Below are positions 10,830-19,532 of a DNA stretch of 64,000 bases, piece by piece. Position 1 is the stretch's first letter; each line of letters begins with the position of its first letter. The notes under the pieces were generated by a model. It did no database searches. It saw nothing but the letters and a program-made list of their open reading frames with translations, and was not told where the DNA came from. The translations under genes were made by a program, and so were the position numbers. Source of the stretch: Candidatus Bathyarchaeota archaeon. GTDB lineage: Archaea > Thermoproteota > Bathyarchaeia > Bathyarchaeales > Bathycorpusculaceae. The stretch covers positions 1,248,001 through 1,312,000 of the forward strand of contig CAVZJV010000014.1 of assembly GCA_963775685.1 (NCBI GenBank), written 5' to 3'.

Positions 10830-11720
10830 ATGAAAAAAATGAAGATTATCTCTGGTCCCGCGTCCAAAGCGCTTGCTGAAGCGGTTTCAGCATTATCTGG
10901 TTTCCCAAATGTACCTGTTGTTTCAAAGGTTTTTCCCGATGGAGAATCCTATGTACGTTTGGATGGAAACGTTCAAGGTGAAGACGTGGCAATTGTTCAG
11001 ACGACTTGTCCACCCATGCAGGATGGCAGGCTTTTCCAATTAGCGTTCATGGCTGACGCGGCTAAACGTGGCGGTGCAAAAAAAGTCACTACCGTTGTGC
11101 CTTACTTGGCTTATGCTCGGCAAGACAAAATGTTTCTCTCTGGCGAGGGCATAAGCGTGGAAACCATCGCGCGCATGCTCAAAGCTTCTGGAATCGACCA
11201 GTTTCTAACAATTAACATTCATTCTGAACCCACGTTGGGGAATTTTCCGTTTCCAGCCAAAACCCTAAGCGCCATTCCACTCATTGCGGAATACTTTGTC
11301 GACAAAGGTCACAAAGGGGCATTCGCGCTTTCACCCGACAAAGGCGCTATGTACATCGCCCAGCAAGCCCAAGTAGTTCTTTGTGGCGACGCAGGACACC
11401 TCAACAAAACTCGCGACCGTTACACGGGCCAAACTGCCCAAACCGCCGAGGGTCTAAACGTGAAAGACCAAACCGTCATAATTCTAGATGACATCGTTAG
11501 CACAGGAGGCACAATCGTTGGTGCTGCAAAAATCCTCAGGGAACAAGGAGCTAGACATGTTTTCTGCGGTTGCGTCCATGGTTTGCTAATTGGCAATGCT
11601 GAGAGGCGGATTTTGGATGCGGGTGTGGAGGAGATTGTTGGAACCGACAGCGTTCCCGGAAGCGTGAGTAAGGTTTCGTTGGCACCACTTATCAGTCAAG
11701 AGCTTAAGGCGCAACAGTAG
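10830..11720 (+). CDS. prs: Ribose-phosphate pyrophosphokinase
   Basis: FPDGE, PYLAYARQD, SPDKGA, ILDDIVSTGGT. Confidence 0.96.
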   Translation: MKKMKIISGPASKALAEAVSALSGFPNVPVVSKVFPDGESYVRLDGNVQGEDVAIVQTTCPPMQDGRLFQLAFMADAAKRGGAKKVTTVVPYLAYARQDKMFLSGEGISVETIARMLKASGIDQFLTINIHSEPTLGNFPFPAKTLSAIPLIAEYFVDKGHKGAFALSPDKGAMYIAQQAQVVLCGDAGHLNKTRDRYTGQTAQTAEGLNVKDQTVIILDDIVSTGGTIVGAAKILREQGARHVFCGCVHGLLIGNAERRILDAGVEEIVGTDSVPGSVSKVSLAPLISQELKAQQ

Positions 11721-12793
11721 TGCCTAAACTCTTCTTTTTGCTCTCAGGCGAGAACGAAACACTGCCCAGCGCGGAAGTTAAGGCGATTCTGGAGGCGGAA
11801 GGGTATCGCTTCTCGAATGTTTCAGAGTTTGACCAGATTCTGCGGTTAGAAGCGGAAGTGGGCAGCGTCCAACCTGTACAGGTTCGCTCTGCTTACACTC
11901 GGTTTTGCGCTCTTGAACTTTTTGTGGCAAACGCAAACTTTATTGACATTGCAAAAGCAGCCGCGGAAACAGATTTCAAAGCCGTCCTTAAGCCCGGCGA
12001 AAAGTTTGTTGTGCGGATAAATAGGATAAAAAACTATGCTGACCAAGTAAACTCGATGGTTCTAGAGGGTATGTTGGGTAAGCAAATATTAAACGGCACT
12101 GATGGAACTAAAGTCAGCTTGAAAAACTCAGATAAGACCTTCATAGGAATAATAACCGATGAAAAACTCATTTTAGGCTTAAAGCTAACTGATATAACCA
12201 GCAAAACCTTCTCTGAACAGCGTCCACGCAAAAAACCGTTTTTCCACCCATCTGCAATGCCCTCAAAAATGGCGCGGTGCATGGTAAATTTGGCACATGC
12301 AAAAGCAGAATCGGTGCTACTTGACCCTTTCTGTGGAACAGGCACCTCGCTCATAGAAGCCACCTACATCGGTTGCCGAGCAGTGGGAATAGATGCCCAG
12401 AGACGCATGATTTTGGGCACACAGAAAAACTTGCGTTTCTTCAACATCTCAGCGGAAGGATTAGTGCTTGCAGATTCACGAAAAACCCCTTTCTCTAAAG
12501 TCGATTGTATAATTACTGATCCACCCTATGGTCGCTCATCGAGCACACTTAAATCAACTACTAAGCAGTTGGTAGAAGAAGTTTTAGCATCCTCGCGGGA
12601 GTTGCTTGGGGTAGGGCAACGAATTTGTATAGCCCTTCCGATACAGGTGAACGGATGTGGAAAAACAGAGAGATTAGCTGAAGTACTCAAGTCTCATATT
12701 GCTAACTTAGGATTTAAAACTATTGAGTCACACAAGGTCTATATCCACCGAAGCCTGACAAGAGAAATAATGGTTTATGAAAAAGTCAGTTAA
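11720..12793 (+). CDS. trm11: tRNA (guanine10-N2)-methyltransferase (THUMP + MTase); the residues after ICIA are element-encoded
   Basis: THUMP N-terminus, PFFHPSAM, LDPFCGTG, TDPPYG, HRSLTR; coupled to prs stop. Confidence 0.9.
   Translation: MPKLFFLLSGENETLPSAEVKAILEAEGYRFSNVSEFDQILRLEAEVGSVQPVQVRSAYTRFCALELFVANANFIDIAKAAAETDFKAVLKPGEKFVVRINRIKNYADQVNSMVLEGMLGKQILNGTDGTKVSLKNSDKTFIGIITDEKLILGLKLTDITSKTFSEQRPRKKPFFHPSAMPSKMARCMVNLAHAKAESVLLDPFCGTGTSLIEATYIGCRAVGIDAQRRMILGTQKNLRFFNISAEGLVLADSRKTPFSKVDCIITDPPYGRSSSTLKSTTKQLVEEVLASSRELLGVGQRICIALPIQVNGCGKTERLAEVLKSHIANLGFKTIESHKVYIHRSLTREIMVYEKVS
12623..12633 (+). repeat. attL core ATTTGTATAGC
   Basis: Identical to 21557-21567; both encode ICIA in the trm11 frame. 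Confidence 0.88.
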
Positions 12794-12800
12794 AAACATA

Positions 12801-12875
12801 GTAGCGAGTTTCTTATTGTAGCAATTTTTTAGGATAAACCCATTGTAGCAGAAAGTAGCCCTTATTTTGTGTAGC
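12801..12875 (+). repeat. Cluster of five GTAGC motifs, two as ATTGTAGCA; candidate arm-type or accessory binding sites
   Basis: GTAGC at 12801, 12818, 12845, 12855, 12871. Confidence 0.4.
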
Positions 12876-13157
12876 AGTTTTCTAAGTGAATAATAATATT
12901 GTATGGGTTACTTCTCTCTTTACTTGAAGCTGGAAAGATTCTTAAAGAAAACTTTGTTGTCTTTCTATCAATTATCGAAAACGTTAGTGCAGCACCGCAC
13001 GAATGCAGAAGCGATACCCACTTGTCTTAATTAGCTAACGAAATGGTCTTAATGGTACTTTCAGATTATTACTGTTTGGTAAACCTCTTAGTAGAGAAAC
13101 TTATCTCTTAAGTTGGTTAAAACCCTCAGTTTGAGGCTTAGAATTCATGTGGATAAG

Positions 13158-13781
13158 TTAGAGGTTAATAATCCCAATCTTTGTTTGAATCTGAATTGGG
13201 ATTGTAGCATTTAAGAAAGGAAAACGCTGTTTGTTTTCATCTTTATGCTCTATAATGTTAATCCCAGAAGAGGTAATTTCTGCCCATAACCACAATTTAT
13301 CCATAGTGCTTTCAATTTTTATTAGGTTTTCTTGTTCAAGATATTTTGTATCGAAGTCAACTATATTTTCTGGAACATTCAAGAGTTCAATAACTTGTTC
13401 CCTTTTGATTATGTTATCTTTAGGATTTGTTTCTGCTTTTTTATAGAGTATTGTTAGAATGGAGTGTCTAATTTGATCATGGGAAAGAATGGAATTATCT
13501 TTATCTATTAGTTCTTTTTTTGGTTTTCGATGGTCAAGTATGTCAATTCGGCAAACAATGAAACCAGCACTTAAGAAGGGTATACCTAAAATTAGAAGCC
13601 AAAAGTCGAAGAAAAAACCATAAGATGCTATCAAAGAACTTAGAGAAACCAAAATTAATCCAATTATATATAATGGTCCAATTTCATCTTTTCCAAGCTT
13701 CATATTTAATTTTCTCCTTCTCCTAATGTTACATTCTACGTTATTCAGTTTTAAGTTTTTGCCATTGATTATTTTTGGCAT
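13158..13781 (-). CDS. Cargo protein: two N-terminal TM helices plus winged-helix-like C-terminal domain
   Basis: Hydrophobic segments, then IRHSILTILY...KYLEQENLIK...EITSSG wHTH-like pattern; start uncertain. Confidence 0.6.
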   Translation of the reverse strand: MPKIINGKNLKLNNVECNIRRRRKLNMKLGKDEIGPLYIIGLILVSLSSLIASYGFFFDFWLLILGIPFLSAGFIVCRIDILDHRKPKKELIDKDNSILSHDQIRHSILTILYKKAETNPKDNIIKREQVIELLNVPENIVDFDTKYLEQENLIKIESTMDKLWLWAEITSSGINIIEHKDENKQRFPFLNATIPIQIQTKIGIINL

Positions 13782-14335
13782 TGAATCATGGCTCTCTTGT
13801 TAATGTTACCAACATTGCAAATTGCTCTTAAGACAACTTCAAGAGCATTACAAAAATGAAATTCTATAAACATATAAATTGGTTCATCCTTCTTCCAAGA
13901 TTCATAAATGGCTTTCTTTTTAGAGTTTGCATGTGCCAATCCACCGTAAATAAAAATATCTATAAGCTCTCCTTTAGTTGGAGTAAATCCGTATAAATTC
14001 ATGTTAATTTTAGTATCAAGATAATTGTTTAATCCGTTTCTCTGGTCTAAAAATTCTTTTTTAAGCTCTGACGAAATAGGTAATTTTTCAAAACTTTCGC
14101 TTAATCGGTGAAAAGAACTTTTTTCATTGTCTTGAGTAAAGAAGCGATAGGTTAAAACAAAGGCATCAATTGCATCTTGGTCAGGAAGTATCCTTGTCAT
14201 CTTAACCTCTTCACCCTCATTTAAAGTTACGCTTGCTGAAAGTTTACCTGTTTCTTTCAAGTGTTTTACAAAACGTGTTTTCAGTAGTTTTTCTGCTTTT
14301 TCGTTGAAGAGTTTGAGAGATGAGAGTTCATCCAT
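13769..14335 (-). CDS. Cargo hypothetical protein, possibly HEPN-like
   Basis: 188-aa ORF with IYGGLAHAN motif and helical C-terminus; AT-rich. Confidence 0.55.
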   Translation of the reverse strand: MDELSSLKLFNEKAEKLLKTRFVKHLKETGKLSASVTLNEGEEVKMTRILPDQDAIDAFVLTYRFFTQDNEKSSFHRLSESFEKLPISSELKKEFLDQRNGLNNYLDTKINMNLYGFTPTKGELIDIFIYGGLAHANSKKKAIYESWKKDEPIYMFIEFHFCNALEVVLRAICNVGNINKRAMIQCQK

Positions 14336-14418
14336 GCGTTTACTCTAACATTTAGTATTAAAAGCTTCGGCTTTTAGTTTTTGCTATCAAGAGAGAAACT
14401 TAGATTATTTGACCTAAT

Positions 14419-14856
14419 TCATACTTCTCGTTCTAATCTATCCCCAAAATGGAGTATCGGAACAGCTTTGTAAAATCCAGCTTTCCTATTATCTGGTTCC
14501 AGTGGATATGTACCTCTTAGCTCTTGCCACTTCTCATAATCAGTTAAGTTAGGGTTAAGCTCTATATGCAAACTTAGACGTAATTCTTTGTCTCTAACTG
14601 CTCGCCATTCAGCTAATTCCTCGTCATGCTTCTGTCGAGTCTCGGCTGAGAGGTCGTAATCTTGGTAAAACTTATGGGTACTGACATACTCGTCATACTG
14701 CTCTTTAGTGAAGCCCTTGAACCTGTATCTTATTTGTTTTAAGGTCTTCGCGTCTTGCTTCTCTTGCTCTGAAGCTTCTATTATGATAAAATTAGTTTGT
14801 TCTTGTAAAACTTCCATATTCTTAACTCCTATTGGTCTGGTCTCAAATGGGTACAA
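14419..14856 (-). CDS. Element hypothetical protein (charged)
   Basis: ORF co-oriented with element genes; true start may be the second Met. Confidence 0.6.
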   Translation of the reverse strand: MYPFETRPIGVKNMEVLQEQTNFIIIEASEQEKQDAKTLKQIRYRFKGFTKEQYDEYVSTHKFYQDYDLSAETRQKHDEELAEWRAVRDKELRLSLHIELNPNLTDYEKWQELRGTYPLEPDNRKAGFYKAVPILHFGDRLEREV

Positions 14857-14908
14857 GAATAAGGGAAAGAAGGCATAACCTTACTCTTGTACCGCTTGAG
14901 ATGTGACT

Positions 14909-15199
14909 CTACTTCTTCTTCTTTTGATATTGAGCTATTACGCGCCCAACATCAATACTAACTGCCCGTGTTGCTGCATTGTGAAAAGATGAGGTGGTTG
15001 ACGGTAGAATAGGTGTGAGCTTATCTATTACCGACTGTCTACCCTCTTGTTTGGCTTGCTCAGCTAACTTAGCGGTTTCTGTTCGATTAATAGCTAAGTT
15101 TCTTTCAAGTTTACCCTTTGCCTGTAGCAACTCTGCTTCTCGTCTTTTGAGAGCTTGAATGTCTCTTCGTACTTCTTCTACAGTAGGTACAGTAGGCAT
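14909..15199 (-). CDS. Element coiled-coil protein
   Basis: Heptad-like VRRDIQALKRREAELLQAKGKLE; start overlaps upstream stop. Confidence 0.65.
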   Translation of the reverse strand: MPTVPTVEEVRRDIQALKRREAELLQAKGKLERNLAINRTETAKLAEQAKQEGRQSVIDKLTPILPSTTSSFHNAATRAVSIDVGRVIAQYQKKKK

Positions 15200-15453
15200 T
15201 AGACGATGTCTCCTATCTGTAGCTCGTCTGCTTTTCTGTAAACATGCTCCCGTAAATTACATGCTGCCTTGTACTCTGGATTTACGCTGCGATAGTATTT
15301 CGCGGTCTTGCCTGTTTCCTTGAGATATCTTAGCTGTGCTTTTACCTTGACCTTACTATAAGCGATAGGTCTGCACCTGTCGCAGTACTTCTGATTTCCC
15401 TTGAGTGCAGTCCCACAGTTGCAAACATGTCTCAGCGTCTCTTGAAAGGTCAT
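15199..15453 (-). CDS. Element zinc-finger protein
   Basis: CNCG...KYCDRC; ATGA overlap with upstream gene. Confidence 0.7.
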   Translation of the reverse strand: MTFQETLRHVCNCGTALKGNQKYCDRCRPIAYSKVKVKAQLRYLKETGKTAKYYRSVNPEYKAACNLREHVYRKADELQIGDIV

Positions 15454-16145
15454 TGCTTCTTTCCCCCGAGGAAGGAACCTAACCCAAAACCCTTCTTCTT
15501 TGGTGTTTCTTTTTTAGCTACCTGTTTAGTTTTCAAAACTGCATCATATTCGGCAGTAGTAGGTTGGCGAAGTCTTCCATCGTTAGCATCTTTAACGAAC
15601 CCATACTTCTCCCAATAACCAGCGTCTTGTGCAGCTAATCCTAACCCCACATCAATTATGGTGCACGGAATGGGCTTAGCTCGATTAACTATAGGGTCTG
15701 GAGAAACTTTGCACTTTATCGTAAAGACATGAGATACGATTTCACCGTACATGTCTGAATTCTGTGTCTTATGGGTAGCTACTGCTGTCTCTCCATCATC
15801 TGTAAAGACGACATCGCTTGTCATGTATAAGGTACCATCGTATAGGTCCCAGCGGTTCTTTTGGGGGACATATTTTAAGACGTATCTTCCGTCAGAAAAA
15901 TAAAGATACTTGTCCATTACTATTACGCCCTCATCATAGACATTAACTAAAGCTCTGTACCTCTCTAATAATTTAGAAAGCTTAACTTTGTCTTCACGGT
16001 GCATTTCACTATTAACGTAAGGTCCATCTTTAAGTGAGTACGCTGTTGGGTTGTTGACTTTACTGTTTAAGTATTCTATCTCTTTTTGAAGAGCTAATCT
16101 CTTAGCTTTGATTTCTTCGTTAGTCAGAGTTGGTTTGTCACTCAT
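15450..16145 (-). CDS. Element hypothetical protein (231 aa)
   Basis: Long ORF with purine-rich RBS-like sequence upstream; N-terminal coiled coil, basic C-terminus; no family recognised. Confidence 0.7.
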   Translation of the reverse strand: MSDKPTLTNEEIKAKRLALQKEIEYLNSKVNNPTAYSLKDGPYVNSEMHREDKVKLSKLLERYRALVNVYDEGVIVMDKYLYFSDGRYVLKYVPQKNRWDLYDGTLYMTSDVVFTDDGETAVATHKTQNSDMYGEIVSHVFTIKCKVSPDPIVNRAKPIPCTIIDVGLGLAAQDAGYWEKYGFVKDANDGRLRQPTTAEYDAVLKTKQVAKKETPKKKGFGLGSFLGGKKQ

Positions 16146-16251
16146 TGGTTGTTTCCCCCTCTGCTAAGTGCTCCTGATTTAACAGGGATTATTTTCCTAC
16201 TTTGAATTATTGATTTGCTGGTTCCGCATTTCATATATTTTTGCCTCTTTT

Positions 16252-16509
16252 TTACACTGTATACTTAACTACAATTTTCTCGGTGAAAGACTCCTGCAGT
16301 CCCTCATCGCTGTTTAAAGACCCTTGAATGCTCTTGTAGTTACTAAGAGCAATCTTAGTCTGAAAGGACATCTCTTTATTGCAGAGTTTCAAACTCTCCA
16401 ACAAAACAGCTATCTGTTCCTGTAAGGCGTTCTCTCTAAGATGCATATAATAGAGCTTAACGTCAATGTCTCGGAAGACTAATTTCCTGAGTGCTTGAGA
16501 GAACTTCAA
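16252..16509 (-). CDS. Element hypothetical protein
   Basis: TTG start overlaps the stop of the upstream zinc-finger ORF. Confidence 0.55.
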   Translation of the reverse strand: MKFSQALRKLVFRDIDVKLYYMHLRENALQEQIAVLLESLKLCNKEMSFQTKIALSNYKSIQGSLNSDEGLQESFTEKIVVKYTV

Positions 16510-16667
16510 TAAAATCTCCCCTGTTTATTCCGCTTCCTCGCATTTCCAGCGTTAGTTACTTTTCTGCAACTTTCTGTGCAGAATACTTTGTCTATAGTGT
16601 AGGTCTGGAAATTCCCTTTGCATCCAAGACATACTTTGTTTAGGATTGTGTTTGATATGTTTTCCAT
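16506..16667 (-). CDS. Small zinc-finger protein (53 aa, below ORF-track cutoff)
   Basis: Hand translation MENISNTILNKVCLGCKGNFQTYTIDKVFCTESCRK...; CxxC...FCxxxC; overlaps both neighbours. Confidence 0.7.
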   Translation of the reverse strand: MENISNTILNKVCLGCKGNFQTYTIDKVFCTESCRKVTNAGNARKRNKQGRFY

Positions 16668-17131
16668 CACTCGAAAGTCCTCCGATAATCTAAATACTTC
16701 TTATACTCATGAATGCGAATGAAGCACTGTGGACATGTGGGTTCTAATGAGCTTCTCATATAATCGCAAAGTTCGCACTCAACCTTTGGGTCGCCTACCT
16801 CTAAAAATCCTTGAATCTCGCCAACAGTTATGCCATGAACAAGCGGTAAATCTTCACCTAAATATAGATGAATCTCCATAAAGTCAACGTCTACACCTAA
16901 CACTTTGTAAAACTTCTTCCACGATTGATAGGCTTCCTTGACTTGTGGAATGGTCTTACCGTAAAACCAGAGATTGATAAGACTCTCTAAGTTCTCTTCT
17001 GTCTTTACAACTTGACTAACGTTAGCCTTTGTAGCTGCTTCTATCTTGGACTGTAACTCTCGCTCTTTCTTTTGCTGTTGATAGTGTCTCTGACGCGCGG
17101 CACTGTCTGGGTACACTCTCTTTCTGCCCAT
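16667..17131 (-). CDS. Element putative DNA-binding protein with C-terminal zinc finger
   Basis: Basic MGRKRVYPDSAARQRHY N-terminus; CELC...CPQC. Confidence 0.7.
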   Translation of the reverse strand: MGRKRVYPDSAARQRHYQQQKKERELQSKIEAATKANVSQVVKTEENLESLINLWFYGKTIPQVKEAYQSWKKFYKVLGVDVDFMEIHLYLGEDLPLVHGITVGEIQGFLEVGDPKVECELCDYMRSSLEPTCPQCFIRIHEYKKYLDYRRTFE

Positions 17132-17221
17132 TCAAACTGCATCTCCGATAATGTCTGATTTCTGTTTTCGAGCGTCAATTCTAATGTGATTATTGCCAAC
17201 CAAGAATAATTCCCTCTTTCC

Positions 17222-17374
17222 CTACTTACTCTTAGAATCTTTGAGTAATTTTAAAGCTCTAAGCACTACACCCTGAAGGGGTTCTGAAGAGTATTCTCTT
17301 AGCTCTTTAGCTAACTGAACAGTACTCTTATCAATCGCTAAACACGTAGTCTTAGATTCATTATTCTCTTTCAT
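17222..17374 (-). CDS. Small RHH-like regulator (50 aa, below ORF-track cutoff)
   Basis: Hand translation MKENNESKTTCLAIDKSTVQLAKELREYSSEPLQGVVLRALKLLKDSKSK; TTTATA upstream on minus strand (~17433-17438). Confidence 0.55.
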   Translation of the reverse strand: MKENNESKTTCLAIDKSTVQLAKELREYSSEPLQGVVLRALKLLKDSKSK

Positions 17375-17756
17375 TATTAATCACTAATATATCTCTAATT
17401 AATCTCTGATAATAGATAACCGTTAAAGTGCCTATAAAGGATTATGGTCTTTTCTTAATCACTATAGAAACTTAGCTACTTTCTTCTCCCTCTCTGACTA
17501 TATGGTCGTGTTTTGAGCGACAGAATCAACCTTTATCCAACCTTCTTTAGCTAAATAACCTTCTTAATGGTCATGTTCGCATTGCGAATTGCTAACCAAT
17601 TAGACTTGACCTTTTTCTTAGATTCTTTAGCTAATTGCTGCCTTCTCTGTGCCAATTTCATATCGCAACTTTGATCTAATAACTTTGTGCCAATACCAGA
17701 GCTAAAGCCTTGATTCCCTGAATAGAACTCTCACTAAGGTGATTCTCAATGAGAAT

Positions 17757-18120
17757 TACTGTGTTCACTGACAGTATTTTTATTAAGAAAGAAGCCAAAA
17801 TCATACTTCTTTGTCTAATTGCTCCCTTTGTCGGTCTTGGCACTCTGAGTGCATTTTTCATTGATAAACCGACCTGTTTCAAGCTCTGTTTGCAATTTAA
17901 TGGGCTTGCCTACCCGATTTATCTGATAAATTTTTTCATTGATAGATAGAAGCTCAGAATAAGGGTATTCGTTTAATTGCTCCCCTCATTGGTCGTTGTA
18001 CTCTGAGTACATTTTTTATTGATAGAGATAGGCTCAGATTAAGCGTATTCATTCAATTACTCTCTTTATTGGTCACGGTGGTGTGACCACATTCTTTCTT
18101 GATAGAAAGAGGCTCAAAGG
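17757..18120. repeat. Non-coding tandem array (77-80 bp period) of hairpin-containing units
   Basis: 5-3-5 palindromes at 17840, 17918, 17998, 18078, each followed 8 nt later by TTGATA; shared AATTRCTCYCT...GGTC linker in three units; degenerate unit ending 17775. Confidence 0.85.
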
Positions 18121-18169
18121 ATTACCGAGAAAACTTAGCTAAAAACAGATTCAGAACCATATTTCTTTG

Positions 18170-18337
18170 TTATTGACTGAAAGCTCTTCGACTGCCCCTT
18201 ACACGGTAAGATTCGCGTTGCTCTTCCTCACGCTTCAAGGCTTTCAAGTGTCGTATTCTCTCTGCCTCGTCTTTATTATTGTCAACAATGACAACGTGAG
18301 AGCAGTCTGATTTGCCTTTAAATTTGTTGTTAATCAT
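18170..18337 (-). CDS. Small charged element protein (55 aa)
   Basis: Hand translation MINNKFKGKSDCSHVVIVDNNKDEAERIRHLKALKREEEQRE... Confidence 0.45.
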   Translation of the reverse strand: MINNKFKGKSDCSHVVIVDNNKDEAERIRHLKALKREEEQRESYRVRGSRRAFSQ

Positions 18338-18350
18338 TCAATTATCCATC

Positions 18351-19106
18351 CTAAACAGTCCCTTTTCCAGTGGGACTTAACTCGTTAAACTTGAGCAAAA
18401 GGACAATTCTTCTAAGAATATTCAATCTTTTTCTCTCTCCTATATGTTGCCATAAGGCGTTACCTGCTCTATCAGTCACTACTATTCTTTCTATATAATG
18501 AGAGTCTTTCTTGCTACAGGTGATTGGTGGGTTTTTTCCATCACTGATTGTCATTTCTTTCCCTATCTTGATAATTTCCAATATCTTCAGTCTATTGATG
18601 GACGCTTCCACTTCTATGGCAGTTAAGTTAGTTTGATATCTCTTACTGAAGGGTTTAAGCAGTTTGAAGAGTGCGCTATCAAATAAGGCTCGAACAGTTG
18701 TGTGTAGGTTATCCTCTTCTGCATGAATGTAAGTTGGAATTAGCTGGATACGTTCTTTCTTAAGTTTCTCCTTCTCTTCTTTAGACATGTTTGGAAAACT
18801 AATGCTGAGAACCCACTCGTCTTTATGTTCTGGGTCTTTACGATGGAAGTATTCTATCTTAGAATCCATAATGTCCTTATTCATGTGGGTTCGTTCTTTA
18901 GGGTTAGTAACTTCTAAAAGAATCCTTTTTCCTTTAACTGGAATAACTATGTCAACTGCGTTATGATGGTCGAATGAATATTCAGAGTGGTCAAAACTGT
19001 TATGGTCGCACTTTAAGCCTAACTTCTGCTCTATGAAGTGGACATGTGCCATCTCTGCTGGAATACCGCTCAGATAGTTTATGTTGAAGTTATTCATTTT
19101 ACTCAT
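18351..19106 (-). CDS. PD-(D/E)XK nuclease-like protein
   Basis: GIPAE helix, AVDIVI and LLEVTN in restriction-endonuclease-fold spacing; canonical Lys not evident. Confidence 0.55.
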   Translation of the reverse strand: MSKMNNFNINYLSGIPAEMAHVHFIEQKLGLKCDHNSFDHSEYSFDHHNAVDIVIPVKGKRILLEVTNPKERTHMNKDIMDSKIEYFHRKDPEHKDEWVLSISFPNMSKEEKEKLKKERIQLIPTYIHAEEDNLHTTVRALFDSALFKLLKPFSKRYQTNLTAIEVEASINRLKILEIIKIGKEMTISDGKNPPITCSKKDSHYIERIVVTDRAGNALWQHIGERKRLNILRRIVLLLKFNELSPTGKGTV

Positions 19107-19263
19107 TCCTTGTCGAATGCGCTTGATTAGAGGTTAAGGGTGACAAGCCCCTCTCCTCATTAAAATCAAGCTGGGTTGTTAACAATTACAAACCGAAGAA
19201 ACGACTTAAAAGGAATTATGGTCAAAACTAAAATGGTCTACACTTGTGTTCTGCCAATAGCCA

Positions 19264-19334
19264 CTGTTTCAAGCTCCGTTTTCAATTTAAGAGCCTTATC
19301 GGTAGCTGTGACCGCGTCACACCTATGTTTGATA
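19264..19334. repeat. Dispersed copy of the array unit
   Basis: 19264-19290 matches 17874-17900 at 25/27; GTGAC-CGC-GTCAC and TTGATA follow in the same register. Confidence 0.8.
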
Positions 19335-19532
19335 CTTTTGGTTCTATTGATAGTTGTTCTATCTAACCCTACTTTCTTAATTATCTCGGTTCGAGTGTTC
19401 CAAGAGAATTGAGAGAGGATGTCTGTGAAATGTTGTTTAATGGTTTTTTAAAAAGCAAAAATCCAGCCCTTATCTAACCTTCTTTTCTAAATTACTATTT
19501 ATTATGGGGCTATTGCCATTGGCAATTAAATC

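Noticed and set aside
17676-17949. ORFs 17676-17882 (-) and 17749-17949 (+) as genes
   Set aside because: They overlap a repeat whose period is not a constant multiple of 3, and sister units contain stops; likely spurious.
17840-18106. Box C/D or TIGR-like guide array (CTGA in loops, TTGATA downstream)
   Set aside because: TTGATAR is not a canonical RTGATGA box C, CTGA is buried in a stem-loop and missing in several copies, and no Nop-domain protein is visible; kept only as a weak alternative.
17757-18120. CRISPR array
   Set aside because: No identical direct repeats with unique spacers; units are degenerate along their length and no cas operon is nearby.
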